Notes: a model not told the origin generated them from the sequence alone. 64,000 nucleotides of DNA from an uncultured Gammaproteobacteria bacterium (GCA_964635715.1 CAZWNZ010000001.1:344274-408273), one strand, 5' to 3'. Shown: positions 20,386 through 33,535, counted from the stretch's first letter. Numbers and translations are program-made.

Positions 20386-20898
20386 ATGTCAAAATCTGTT
20401 GTATTGGTTGATAAAGAGGATAAAGTAATTGGGTTTGGAGACAAACTGGAAACCCACAAAATCCCTGTCAAACTGCACAGGGCGATATCCGTACTGATTT
20501 TTGATAAAAGCAGAAGTAAAATGCTCATGACAAAAAGGGCAAAAAACAAACCTACGTGGGGTGGTTACTGGAGTAATGCGGTTTGTACTCATCCGTATCC
20601 GAACGAGACCTATTGGGTAGCAGCCGAAAGAAGACTTTTTGAGGAACTGGGCATAAAAACATCGTTAAAAGAAATCTTCGTTTTTAATTATGAAGCCAAA
20701 ATGAAGAACAGTAATTGGGGTGAGTGCGAATTAGACCATGTCTTTGAAGGATTTTATGAAGGCCAAATTAAGCCCAATCCGGCAGAGATATCAGATTACA
20801 AATGGATTGAGATGAATAAATTGAAAGAGGATATTGAAAATAACCTGGATAGCTACACTCCTTGGTTTCGTAGAATTGTAAGTAAGCTTTCAATTTAA
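20386..20898 (+). CDS. idi: Isopentenyl-diphosphate delta-isomerase, type 1
   Basis: LHRAISV, WSNAVCTHP, RRLFEELG, ECELDHVF, YTPWF. Confidence 0.95.
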   Translation: MSKSVVLVDKEDKVIGFGDKLETHKIPVKLHRAISVLIFDKSRSKMLMTKRAKNKPTWGGYWSNAVCTHPYPNETYWVAAERRLFEELGIKTSLKEIFVFNYEAKMKNSNWGECELDHVFEGFYEGQIKPNPAEISDYKWIEMNKLKEDIENNLDSYTPWFRRIVSKLSI

Positions 20899-20899
20899 T

Positions 20900-21781
20900 C
20901 TAATAATTTCGTTCCAAAATGAAGTCTGTCAATTCCACAAGCTGTTTCCTCGCTGGCTCTTGTGACAGAAAAGAAAGTTTTTTATTAAAGATCTCCTTGG
21001 CAAGATCTTTTTCTTTACTGGCGATTTTCTTAGTAAAACCTACTCCCTTTTGAGTTGCCAGAGTCGCCTTACCTTCCTTCCTGTCTTGGTCAATGTCTAA
21101 TATATCATCCACCAATTGAAAGCAACGCCCCAAATGCAGTCCAAATTCTGTAATTTTGTCAATTTGGGATCTCGTTGCATTTGCAGCAATTGCTCCGAGC
21201 CTCATGGGCCCTGCGATTGAATAATAACCGCTCTTGCCGTCAGCTATGAAGAAACAGTCATTTTCATTAACTTTAGAAATCGTCCCATCTGTCCACATTT
21301 GTTCAACTCCCTGGCCAAGAATTGTTCTCATTAGGATGCTGTAAAACTCTTGTTTAATTTTTTCTGATTTAAGATCGGTGATAATCTTCCACATAATCAT
21401 GCTGAGAGTATCACCTGCGTTTATCGCCATTTCATTTCCATATATCTTGTGGAGACATGGTTTACCACGTCTTTCGTCAGAATTATCTATTATGTCATCA
21501 TGAATTAATATCCAGTCTTCGGACAGCTGCATAGCTGCAGCAACATTTAATACTTTGCTTTTTTTTATTCCTAACGCCTCAGCAATCAACAAAACAAATG
21601 TGGGTCTCATATACTTACCTTTTCTTTCGGGATATTCTTTGTTTACTTTCCAAAAGAAATCAACCTCCTTTCTGTACCCCGACGGTATTTGAAATTGTAC
21701 AGGGTAGAGAGGATCTTCCAAATATTTCTCAATAACCGGCCAAACAAGTTTCTTTGTTTCCTCAAGTGTGTTTTGTACCAT
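20900..21781 (-). CDS. Polyprenyl (FPP/GGPP) synthase
   Basis: GKYMRP, LIHDDIIDNSDERRG, FQLVDDILD. Confidence 0.93.
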   Translation of the reverse strand: MVQNTLEETKKLVWPVIEKYLEDPLYPVQFQIPSGYRKEVDFFWKVNKEYPERKGKYMRPTFVLLIAEALGIKKSKVLNVAAAMQLSEDWILIHDDIIDNSDERRGKPCLHKIYGNEMAINAGDTLSMIMWKIITDLKSEKIKQEFYSILMRTILGQGVEQMWTDGTISKVNENDCFFIADGKSGYYSIAGPMRLGAIAANATRSQIDKITEFGLHLGRCFQLVDDILDIDQDRKEGKATLATQKGVGFTKKIASKEKDLAKEIFNKKLSFLSQEPARKQLVELTDFILERNY

Positions 21782-21806
21782 TGCTTTGTATTATAATATA
21801 CTCTAC
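21782..21806. promoter_or_regulatory. Bidirectional overlapping -10 boxes
   Basis: TATTATAATA gives TATAAT on + (21792-21797) and on - (21790-21795), between two ATGs 25 bp apart. Confidence 0.65.
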
Positions 21807-23108
21807 ATGTCAGACAAAAATATTCTTCCTCAGGGAACCACAACACCTGACCACATAGCAATTATTCTTGATGGCAACAGGCGTTGGGCTAGATCCCGAG
21901 GATTACAGCCCTGGCAAGGGCATAAAGCCGGCTATGAAGCAGTCAAGAAACTGGCACTCGCTTCAAGGGAATTTGGGGTGCACACATTTACATTGTGGGC
22001 TTTTTCTACAGAGAACTGGGAAAGGTCGCAGGAGGAGATTAATGAACTCTTTAAACTGATGAGGCACGGACTTCTTGAGTTTGAAAAAGAGTGTCATAAA
22101 TACAATACAAGGCTAATTCATTTGGGGAGAAAGGACAGGTTCCCCAAAGAACTTTCCAAAGAGATTGTCAGGATAGAGAAAGAAACAGAAAAATATAAAG
22201 ACCATATTTTAAACCTAGCGCTTGATTACGGAGGGAGAGATGAAGTGATCCGAGCCGTTAAAAAGGTTGTTATTGACAAAATTCCTGCTGAAAAAATTAA
22301 TGGAGAACTCTTTGAAAGCTACCTAGACACAAAGGGACAGCCCTATCCAAACCCCGATCTCTTTATTAGAACTAGCGGAGAGCAAAGAACAAGCGGGCTT
22401 CTGCCTTGGCAAATGACTTACACTGAGTATTATTTCGCCCCCGAACATCTTCCGGATTTTACTCCGGGAAGACTGAAAGACGCAATTTTAGATTTTTCGA
22501 GGCGTAGAAGGAGGTTTGGTGGGAACGACAAGGAAAGTCATTTTGTTTTTGATCCCAAACTTACCGCCAAACTTGAACTTTCCTGGTGGAGACTTAGTAA
22601 AATTCCGGAAGGAGTGCGACTTAGAGACTATGCTGCGGACCATTTAATCGAACAGTACGGTATTTCCAAAAAGCTGGCAAAAGAAGCCGCGAAATACTTG
22701 ATTGAAGCTATCGTAGAAGAAAATGATGAAAAATGGGATAAGTCCAAGGAAAAAATGAAAGAGTTTTACCGTTTGATCAAAAGTGAGGTAAAACTTGCTT
22801 TCGAACCAAAAATTGTGGCTTCAATGGAGGTTGATTTTAATAAAAAAATGAAGGGTAAAGACACTTTCAAGGCGGCTTCCGATGCGGAGGAGCTGGCCTG
22901 TGAGCACTTGGCCGAAGTCTATAGAATTTCCCTTTTTCAGGCTGCCAAAGCCGCCAGACTTAGAGTTTTGGCTGGAGTTGAGAAAAATCTGGCTCTTTCC
23001 GCCCGTTCGACAGGCTCAGGATCTTCGAGATTTGCCGAGGAGCATTGGAATAGGGCAGAAGATTATCTTCAAAAGTATTATGCAGCTCTTAAGGAAAGGG
23101 TTGCCTAG
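21807..23108 (+). CDS. uppS: Undecaprenyl/cis-prenyl diphosphate synthase with C-terminal extension
   Basis: HIAIILDGNRRWA, AFSTENW, YGGRDE, PDLFIRTSGEQRTSG, RRRFGG, then ~190 extra aa. Confidence 0.93.
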   Translation: MSDKNILPQGTTTPDHIAIILDGNRRWARSRGLQPWQGHKAGYEAVKKLALASREFGVHTFTLWAFSTENWERSQEEINELFKLMRHGLLEFEKECHKYNTRLIHLGRKDRFPKELSKEIVRIEKETEKYKDHILNLALDYGGRDEVIRAVKKVVIDKIPAEKINGELFESYLDTKGQPYPNPDLFIRTSGEQRTSGLLPWQMTYTEYYFAPEHLPDFTPGRLKDAILDFSRRRRRFGGNDKESHFVFDPKLTAKLELSWWRLSKIPEGVRLRDYAADHLIEQYGISKKLAKEAAKYLIEAIVEENDEKWDKSKEKMKEFYRLIKSEVKLAFEPKIVASMEVDFNKKMKGKDTFKAASDAEELACEHLAEVYRISLFQAAKAARLRVLAGVEKNLALSARSTGSGSSRFAEEHWNRAEDYLQKYYAALKERVA

Positions 23109-23198
23109 AAATAGTGCACAGCAAACTTCGCTTTTGTCCGAAACAAGCCGGTTTGCAGCGTACTGAAGGAACGCATGGCCTGACGACTACACTATGTT

Positions 23199-23906
23199 TT
23201 ATTTGTAGTTAGCCCCGATTATAATCAAAAGATCGGCTCCCTCCGGGGCAACTTCGCCATCGGGGAGTGATGTACTATCTGCGTCAATGATTGAAGCAAT
23301 TGAGGAGGAAACACTGTTCCCGGATTCCGTTAAACTTACTACAAGAGACTTTTGGTAATCATTCCTGGTGGCATTGTTTTTTGATATGACCTCGACGCTT
23401 GACAGTTGAGACTCAAGACTCTTTTCTGCCACTTGAGTGAGTCCTGTTGTGGTGGTTCCGTTATAAAGAGCGACTTTTACTGATTCGGTTTGAGTTTCTG
23501 AGCCTTCGTCGGTGCTTACAGGGGCGACGTTAACTATCAAATCTTTTCCTGGACTGTAAAGAATGGCAATACGGGATTTTGTGTAGATTACCACCTTATC
23601 TCCATTTTCAGCGTTGGCAAAGAACGGCTGATCCTTGAGTTTTTCTACATCAAGTACGGTGGCTATCGAAGGTTCCTCGTCTGAGGGTAGAAGCATTAAT
23701 TTTTTAAGTTTATTTAACAGTTCTTCAGACTCAGCTTTATTTGCAACATCCGGGTTCGAAAGCATTATTTTTGTCTTGTTGTATTGGTTATAAAAGTAAT
23801 AGGTTCCACCAAAACCTCCTAAAATGAGAATGGCTGTGACTATTAAAATAACTATCTTTGTAGAAAACTTAAACCTCGTTTTTTTATCCTTTTTGTCTTC
23901 TTCCAT
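23199..23906 (-). CDS. Single-TM protein with LytR C-terminal domain
   Basis: TM helix; EEPSIATVLDVEKLKDQPFF; VALYNGT..GL; ADLLIIIG. Confidence 0.8.
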   Translation of the reverse strand: MEEDKKDKKTRFKFSTKIVILIVTAILILGGFGGTYYFYNQYNKTKIMLSNPDVANKAESEELLNKLKKLMLLPSDEEPSIATVLDVEKLKDQPFFANAENGDKVVIYTKSRIAILYSPGKDLIVNVAPVSTDEGSETQTESVKVALYNGTTTTGLTQVAEKSLESQLSSVEVISKNNATRNDYQKSLVVSLTESGNSVSSSIASIIDADSTSLPDGEVAPEGADLLIIIGANYK

Positions 23907-23944
23907 ATATCAATTTATAAATTATTTTTTATTAAAAGTCCACA

Positions 23945-26900
23945 TTAAAAGCCTACCGATTCGGGTGTGGCGCTTGGGCTTGCTACTGTTGATTCTCCGG
24001 CAACATCTGGAGATGCGGAAGGTGATGATTCAGATTGTTGACTTAAGCCAGGTGTCGAAATCGGCGTTGGTGTCGGCAAAAGCTTAATTAATTCTCCGAC
24101 CTGATCTTTATTCAAACAAACTTCATTGCCGTCCGTACCGACACATATCGTTTCTTGATGAGATTCTTTGGTAGTGACTTTATTTGCAAGATCAGAAAAG
24201 GTTGTTTCTATAAGGGTTATGCGTGTTGTAAGGTTTTCAATGAGATTGTAAATATCCGAAAGAAGCTCTTCTTTTGCATCTGAAAACTTTTTGTACATAC
24301 CATGAACAGCCCCATCATTCATATTGCTCTCAACATATGGGATAAGATAATCTCCGGTCGAAAGCCCACTTGTTTCGTAATTGGGTATTTGAAAACCTGC
24401 GCTAAATGCGATGAATTTCCAAGCATCGCCGCTTTTAACATAAAGACGGTTGTCGGATGAGTCGACAGCCAAAGCACCGTTGACGGCAGTATCTGAAAAA
24501 TCGGTATCGCTAACCTCCCCGGCTTTAATAAAAGTTGCTAAACCGCCAGTTGTGGCATTGACTAGGCCGTTTTTAGCAATGCTAAACTTGGTAATGCCGG
24601 AGGAGCTGGCTGTCATCAATTCCGCATCGCTTAATTGATCAATGATTGCAGCTGCTTTTCCGGTGGTCTGGCTATTGATATGCAAAGATGTTTGTGGGGC
24701 ATCAGTGCCGATTCCTGTATATCCATTTCCTCGGACCATCAAGAGATTTGAATTGTTGGTAACGTTGTTAATTTCTAATGCATAGTCACTAGAATTAGTG
24801 CCTGCACTTATATAAACGCCTTCCGATCCGGAAGTAGTGGATTTACCTTTAAAGGAACCTGCTGGTGTTAAAGTTGATGTTTGTTGAGTGGAAATGGCTA
24901 CAGCTCGTACAGTTCCATTTACCTGAAGTGCATATGTAGGGTTTGTTACTCCTATACCTACGTAGCCACTATTTAAAATTGTAAATTTAGAAGCCAAACC
25001 TTCATCCCCACCAACGGAAGTTCTTATATTTAGGCTGCCCCCGTTTAATATATCAACATTTGGAGAGGCTCCGTTAAAAACCAATGATCCGGATATTGAA
25101 GCGTTTCCGGCTATATCCAAAAGCGCTGTGGGGGTGTTAGTTCCCAATCCGATATTTCCGTTTGCAGCGATACTAAAAATAGCTGAACCCGAAGAAGACG
25201 CTATATTTAGAGGAGAGACACCATCGGTTCCAACAATGTCCAACTTTGAAGCTGGGTTGTCTGTTCCTATTCCAACATTTCCATTATTTGCAATAGTAAA
25301 CTTGGACAATAGGCCACCGTCGCCGCTAGGGGATGTACGTATAGTTAGCGCTCCGCCATTAAGCACATCTATATAAGGAGTGGCATTTGTAAAGGCAAGA
25401 GATCCGGAAATTGACGCAACTCCTGCAATATCTAGGAGTCCGGTAGTTCCCTGATCAATCAAAGAAAGAAGGGTATTTGTTCCATCATCCCAAGTCATTG
25501 TTCCACCATCATCCATTCTGAGAATGGGGGATGTATTGAAGGCAATATCCGCACCAGTTCCTGAGTTGGAGACACTAATGATTCCTCCAGTAGCTGATGA
25601 ATTAAGTTGAGATAAACTCAATAGATTAGCGCTATCAGCACACACACCTGTTCCATCACACATTGAGCTAAAAGAGGCAAGTGCGCCACTCAAAGATAGG
25701 CTAGTAGCATCGACAGGTTTCATAGGAGCCGCAATACTTGCCATATAATTGTTATTTCCTGTCCAGGTCATGGTAACATGAGTATCTCCTGGTTTTGTAG
25801 AAGCAGCCATGGGTACACCGTTAACGATTGAATTCCAAAGAACTGTTTGACTAGGGTCTGGGGTTGCAGTACCGCCCGCTGAAACGTAATTGTCTATAAC
25901 CAGTTCGTCTATGGCACTTGACACGGTTATTGAGCTACTTGATCCACCAGTGCTACTATCAGTACCGTAAGTACCAAAAGGAGTTGTTTGATTGACGTTA
26001 TACCATGTAACTGCACTAAGCTTGAGAATGGCGGTACCACTTAGTGTTACAGAAAGAGTATTCGTTCCCGATGGGGGAGCAACCATATAGTAAATATAAG
26101 CTTTTGAATATCCATTTGTTGAAGCTCCATATCCAAGTTGTGTCATGGCAATACCATTGTAAGTAATACTACTAACGGTTCTGTTGTATGTACCATTCTT
26201 TAATGTAACAAACGCGACAAGGATCATATTACTTTCTATACCGATAGTATGAGATAAAGATAAAGAACTGCCTTGGTCGACACTTTTTTCGGTTTGGTTA
26301 TCTTTAGTAATGGAGGGAACATTGGGGTTATAGGTAACGTTTCGATTGATTGCAAGAGCATTACTGGTTATAGCAGCCGAGTTAGTTTTTGTTGGAGACT
26401 GATCAATATTAACTACCTTACCACTGGTTATGTCTCCGGAGGTTGATTGTATGTTTAGTCCGGTGCCTGTTGTTAGTCCGTCAAAAGAGAAATCTACCCC
26501 TGTGCCTGTTGTAATAGCATCTGCGGTTACATTTAGCGCGGTTGATGTGGCCGATTGATTTACGTCTAACTTGGCAGAAGGAGTTGTTGTGCCGATTCCA
26601 ACGTTACCATTTGTAATGACCGTATTGGCAAAATCTCCTTCATCATTAATTCTTAAATCATTTTCGCTTTTGCTTAATCCGAGAAGGTTGGAAAGATAAT
26701 AAGATCCTGATACATTACTACTGCCGACAACATCTAAAGCCAAACCTGGTTCTGTTTTACCGACTCCAAGATTGCCAAGAACATAAGAATTTCCGGTTCC
26801 ATCTATTTTTAAATTACCTCCCGATGTGACATTTCCGGTCACGTCAAGGGTGGAGGAAAGGGTGGTGGCGCCGGATACCCCAAGCGTAGAAGAAAAATTT

Positions 26901-28684
26901 ACAGCGTTCAGGGTGTTGAGAGTGGATGATAAAGTAAGGGCGCCGCTTATACTGGCAGTGCCAACGACCTGAAGTTTTGTAGAGGGATCGTTTGTTCCTA
27001 TTCCAATATTTCCGTTGTCAAAAATAGTTCCTGATTCAAGGCTGTATGTTCCTGCCCATCGGCTAAGATAATTAAGTGTACCTGACCCTCCAAGATTTGA
27101 TCCGACACCTGCACAATTTCCGGAATCCAGACAAACACCTCCTGAGTAATCGGGGAATGTGTAATTTCTGTTTTCCGTTAAAGTTCCTGTTTTTAGAGTT
27201 CCAAGAAAGGATGAAGATGTGTTGCCGATGTTTAAGAAACCACTTGAATCAATACTAAGAAATGTAGTTGTACCGCCGTAATTTTTAACGGAAAAAACAT
27301 CAGAGATGCCACTGCTTGCTTGTTGAATACTTAATCCCGTAGCATCCGTATTGGTTGGTACAATTGATTGAGTTGATCCGGGATCAGTTACCAAACAGTT
27401 GGTGCATGTTCCACCTTCTCCGGTAACAGTACCCCAAGCGAGGGCACCTCCTTCAATAGTTAAGGCCTGTCCCTCTCCGCCAATACTTAGTTTTGCCAAA
27501 CCTCCGGAAGAACTTGCGTACAAAATATCTCCGACTGAGTATGAGGAAATTCCTGTACCACCGTTAATGACGGGAAGGACACTGGTTACATCTGTTGAGA
27601 GGTCAATTGCTGATGATGAGACTACTCCGTTAAAATTGCTATGCAAAATTCCCGTAGAAAAAGAAGAAAAGGTAATTTGTCCCGAAGAAGTTAGACCTGT
27701 TGCACCAGTAACTGCTCCCGCATTGGTAATCCCTCCTCCCTGATTGTTTATGCCGTCGGTGACAATAATTCCGTCAGATACAGTTAGGCTACCGGAAAAA
27801 TGCCCGTTTCCGACAACATCAAGCGCGTATTCAGGGGTTTTCGTGCCTATACCAACCCAATCAGTAAGAGCGGTCGGGTAAATATAAGTTCCGCTCGTCG
27901 TCCAACCACTCAGTGTATAGTTTGGGGTAGATGAAGAAAAAGTGAGTTTCTTGCTTGATGTGTTGATCGAAACTGATGTAGCCCCACTGCCTGCAAACTC
28001 CAATGTCTCGGTGTTTGTTCCGGCGTCAAAAGTGTCTGATCCAACCTTAATTGTTTTAAATATTTTTTGTGAACTACCCGGATCGCTATTTGTAATAGCA
28101 ACCCCACTAATAGTAATTCCGGTTCCGGCGGTTAAAGAAATTTTGCCGGTTTCTCCTTGGAAGGAAGTGACAATATTCGGAGCCGTTATACTTTTTGTAA
28201 AAGTCACATCATTGTTAAATACGGAGGGTACATTAACATTGAAAGTATAGTTTGAAAGTATCGGGGAGGTTGTGGAGGCTGCTAAGACATTACTTTTAGA
28301 TTCGTTTTGCAACAAAAGGTGATCATCTTTAAAGGTAATTTGATTCGCAATAATCTCCGCACTTTCCTGCGGAGAATGTCCTTTCAAATTTAAAAAAGAA
28401 AAAACACCCGTAAGAGTAATTAACAATAAAAGAGAACTCCAAGTAAAGACAAAAGCAACTGGGGATAAAGATTGGCGAAATCTAGGAAGTGTTTGTGTTG
28501 TGCTTGGCGATGGGGCATTTAAATTAATGAAGCTGAAATCCCTCAGCTGCTGATATGTATAAAAACGTTGGTTTCCCAAAGATCTTTCTGGAACAAGTTT
28601 TCCATTTTGAGACCATCTTCTAAGAGTTTTTCCTGAAACTCCCAATATCTTCGCAGCTTCCGAAACACGTAGTTTTTTGGGCAT
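23945..28684 (-). CDS. Giant surface fibre-like protein with N-terminal MerR-type HTH and a single TM
   Basis: ATG at 28684 gives MPKKLRVSEAAKILGVSGKTLRRW...RSLGNQRFY; then a TM helix and eight GNVGIGT..P...LDV-type repeats in Gly/Ser/Thr-rich sequence. Confidence 0.85.
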   Translation of the reverse strand: MPKKLRVSEAAKILGVSGKTLRRWSQNGKLVPERSLGNQRFYTYQQLRDFSFINLNAPSPSTTQTLPRFRQSLSPVAFVFTWSSLLLLITLTGVFSFLNLKGHSPQESAEIIANQITFKDDHLLLQNESKSNVLAASTTSPILSNYTFNVNVPSVFNNDVTFTKSITAPNIVTSFQGETGKISLTAGTGITISGVAITNSDPGSSQKIFKTIKVGSDTFDAGTNTETLEFAGSGATSVSINTSSKKLTFSSSTPNYTLSGWTTSGTYIYPTALTDWVGIGTKTPEYALDVVGNGHFSGSLTVSDGIIVTDGINNQGGGITNAGAVTGATGLTSSGQITFSSFSTGILHSNFNGVVSSSAIDLSTDVTSVLPVINGGTGISSYSVGDILYASSSGGLAKLSIGGEGQALTIEGGALAWGTVTGEGGTCTNCLVTDPGSTQSIVPTNTDATGLSIQQASSGISDVFSVKNYGGTTTFLSIDSSGFLNIGNTSSSFLGTLKTGTLTENRNYTFPDYSGGVCLDSGNCAGVGSNLGGSGTLNYLSRWAGTYSLESGTIFDNGNIGIGTNDPSTKLQVVGTASISGALTLSSTLNTLNAVNFSSTLGVSGATTLSSTLDVTGNVTSGGNLKIDGTGNSYVLGNLGVGKTEPGLALDVVGSSNVSGSYYLSNLLGLSKSENDLRINDEGDFANTVITNGNVGIGTTTPSAKLDVNQSATSTALNVTADAITTGTGVDFSFDGLTTGTGLNIQSTSGDITSGKVVNIDQSPTKTNSAAITSNALAINRNVTYNPNVPSITKDNQTEKSVDQGSSLSLSHTIGIESNMILVAFVTLKNGTYNRTVSSITYNGIAMTQLGYGASTNGYSKAYIYYMVAPPSGTNTLSVTLSGTAILKLSAVTWYNVNQTTPFGTYGTDSSTGGSSSSITVSSAIDELVIDNYVSAGGTATPDPSQTVLWNSIVNGVPMAASTKPGDTHVTMTWTGNNNYMASIAAPMKPVDATSLSLSGALASFSSMCDGTGVCADSANLLSLSQLNSSATGGIISVSNSGTGADIAFNTSPILRMDDGGTMTWDDGTNTLLSLIDQGTTGLLDIAGVASISGSLAFTNATPYIDVLNGGALTIRTSPSGDGGLLSKFTIANNGNVGIGTDNPASKLDIVGTDGVSPLNIASSSGSAIFSIAANGNIGLGTNTPTALLDIAGNASISGSLVFNGASPNVDILNGGSLNIRTSVGGDEGLASKFTILNSGYVGIGVTNPTYALQVNGTVRAVAISTQQTSTLTPAGSFKGKSTTSGSEGVYISAGTNSSDYALEINNVTNNSNLLMVRGNGYTGIGTDAPQTSLHINSQTTGKAAAIIDQLSDAELMTASSSGITKFSIAKNGLVNATTGGLATFIKAGEVSDTDFSDTAVNGALAVDSSDNRLYVKSGDAWKFIAFSAGFQIPNYETSGLSTGDYLIPYVESNMNDGAVHGMYKKFSDAKEELLSDIYNLIENLTTRITLIETTFSDLANKVTTKESHQETICVGTDGNEVCLNKDQVGELIKLLPTPTPISTPGLSQQSESSPSASPDVAGESTVASPSATPESVGF

Positions 28685-28728
28685 GATATGTGTTTTTGTA
28701 TGCAAACTTAAACTGGACATGTATCTAA

Positions 28729-29658
<930 letters not shown>

Positions 29659-29667
29659 ATCATTAAT

Positions 29668-30953
29668 ATGATTCATTCCTTTGAATTTTCTAAAGAAAAA
29701 ACAAAAGATGTTGGCAAAATAAATGCCATTAATGGCATTATGGTTAAAGTTGGTGGTTTTAAATTTGGAACTATCGGCGAAGGTGTAACTTTTGAAAACA
29801 ATATTCACGGAAGGATTGTTTCGATAAGTGAAGACTTATGTGAAGTAATGGTTTTTAATAAGAGGCCGATGAATATCGGGCAAAAAGCCGCCAGGACAGG
29901 GGAGCCTATCAGTATTTCTATAGGTAACGGACTTTTAACACACGTTATTAGTCCACTTGGTTATGTGATGGATGAAAGAAGAGATGAAAGTATCAGCCCT
30001 GAGTCGCGTTTTATTGATCAAAAACCCATAGGCATTTGCGGAAGAAAAAAAATAAATAAATTTTTGACCACGGGAGTGTCTATAGTTGATTTAATGGTTC
30101 CTATAGGTGAAGGGCAGAGAGAGCTGGTGATAGGAGATAGAAAAAGTGGTAAAAGCTATTTTCTTTTGTCGACAATAGTTACACAGGCACGTTCCGGAAA
30201 AATATGCGTAATTGCCTTAATTGGTAAAGAGAAAAGTGAGATTAAAGCTACTGAAGAACTTTTGGAGAAAGAAGGAGTAATAGATAAATGTGTTTTGGTA
30301 GCTTCTGCATCGCATGATTCTGCGGGAGAGATATTTTTGACACCATACACCGCAATGTCAGTAGCTGAGTATTTTCGCGATCAAGGCAAGAATACCGTTG
30401 TTATTCTTGATGACATGACCACTCATGCAAAGTATTATCGTGAATGGGCACTTCTTTCAGGACGTTTCCCTGGCAGAGAAAGCTATCCCGGAGATATTTT
30501 TCATATACAATCACAAATCATTGAAAGAGCTGGAAATTTTCTGATTGACGGAAAAGAAGTGTCAATAACACTTTTACCGGTAGCAGAGACATTGGAATCG
30601 GATTTAACCGGATATATACAAACAAATCTTATGAGCATGACTGACGGCCACATCTTTTTTGATAGCAACTTGTTTTTTAAAGGGATAAGACCGGCTGTAA
30701 ATATTTTTCTGTCTGTTACCCGTGTTGGCAGGCAAACACAGCCTCAAAAAATGAAGGAAATTTCCTCAGAAGTTATTAAAATATTAAAAAGAAAGGAAAG
30801 TTTAGAGAGATTTTTGAAATTCGGACCGGAGGTTACAGAAGAAGTAAAGAGAATTTTGAATACGGGGGATGCTATCTGGAATTTCTTTAGTCAAAATACA
30901 TATGGTGGGGTTTCTGTTTCAGATCAAGTTAAAGAAATTGAAAAAATACTAAA

Positions 30954-30957
<4 letters not shown>
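29668..30957 (+). CDS. atpA: F1 ATPase subunit alpha (shortened, divergent)
   Basis: PIGEGQRELVIGDRKSGKS, PGRESYPGDIF, YIQTNLMSMTDG, SVTRVG. Confidence 0.93.
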
Positions 30958-33178
<2,221 letters not shown>

Positions 33179-33192
33179 TCTTGCTATTTGTT

Positions 33193-33438
33193 ATGAATAC
33201 CATTCAGGCTCTTATCAGAAACAAAAACGGGATAGTTTTTGAAGGTAATGTTTTTGCCGTCTCTTCGACTAATGATGTTGGACCCTTTGATATACTTCCC
33301 GGTCATGCAAATTTTATCTGTATTATTAAAAATAAATTAATCATTCATCATTCAAAGATAAAAAAAGAAGAGATGGACGTGGATAGTGGAATTTTAAGAG
33401 TAAAAGATAACAAAATTGAAATATATTTAGGAATATAA
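33193..33438 (+). CDS. atpC: F1 ATPase epsilon, N-terminal beta-sandwich only
   Basis: GPFDILPGHANF and GILRV motifs; no C-terminal helices. Confidence 0.8.
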   Translation: MNTIQALIRNKNGIVFEGNVFAVSSTNDVGPFDILPGHANFICIIKNKLIIHHSKIKKEEMDVDSGILRVKDNKIEIYLGI

Positions 33439-33535
33439 GTTCATAATTTTCTTCTCAAAGCCCTGCATGATGGGGAAGTGGTAATTATCAAACAATCTCC
33501 GTGACGCTCAGGATCTGCGTGGCATACAATGCCCC

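Noticed and set aside
20328-20549. 5' extension of the 190-aa ORF 19977..20549
   Set aside because: It overlaps idi on the opposite strand, and ATG 20327 has its own -10 box
23109-23198. SRP RNA or a known riboswitch
   Set aside because: No SRP helix-8 motif or recognisable aptamer consensus; kept only as an unassigned structure
28540-28684. IS607 transposon
   Set aside because: Only the MerR-type HTH is present; no serine recombinase domain or tnpB follows, and the frame continues into a TM helix
33497-33515. CTCCGTGACGCTCAGGATC as another copy of the GCTCAGG mini-repeat
   Set aside because: Only the right half matches, which is too weak to count
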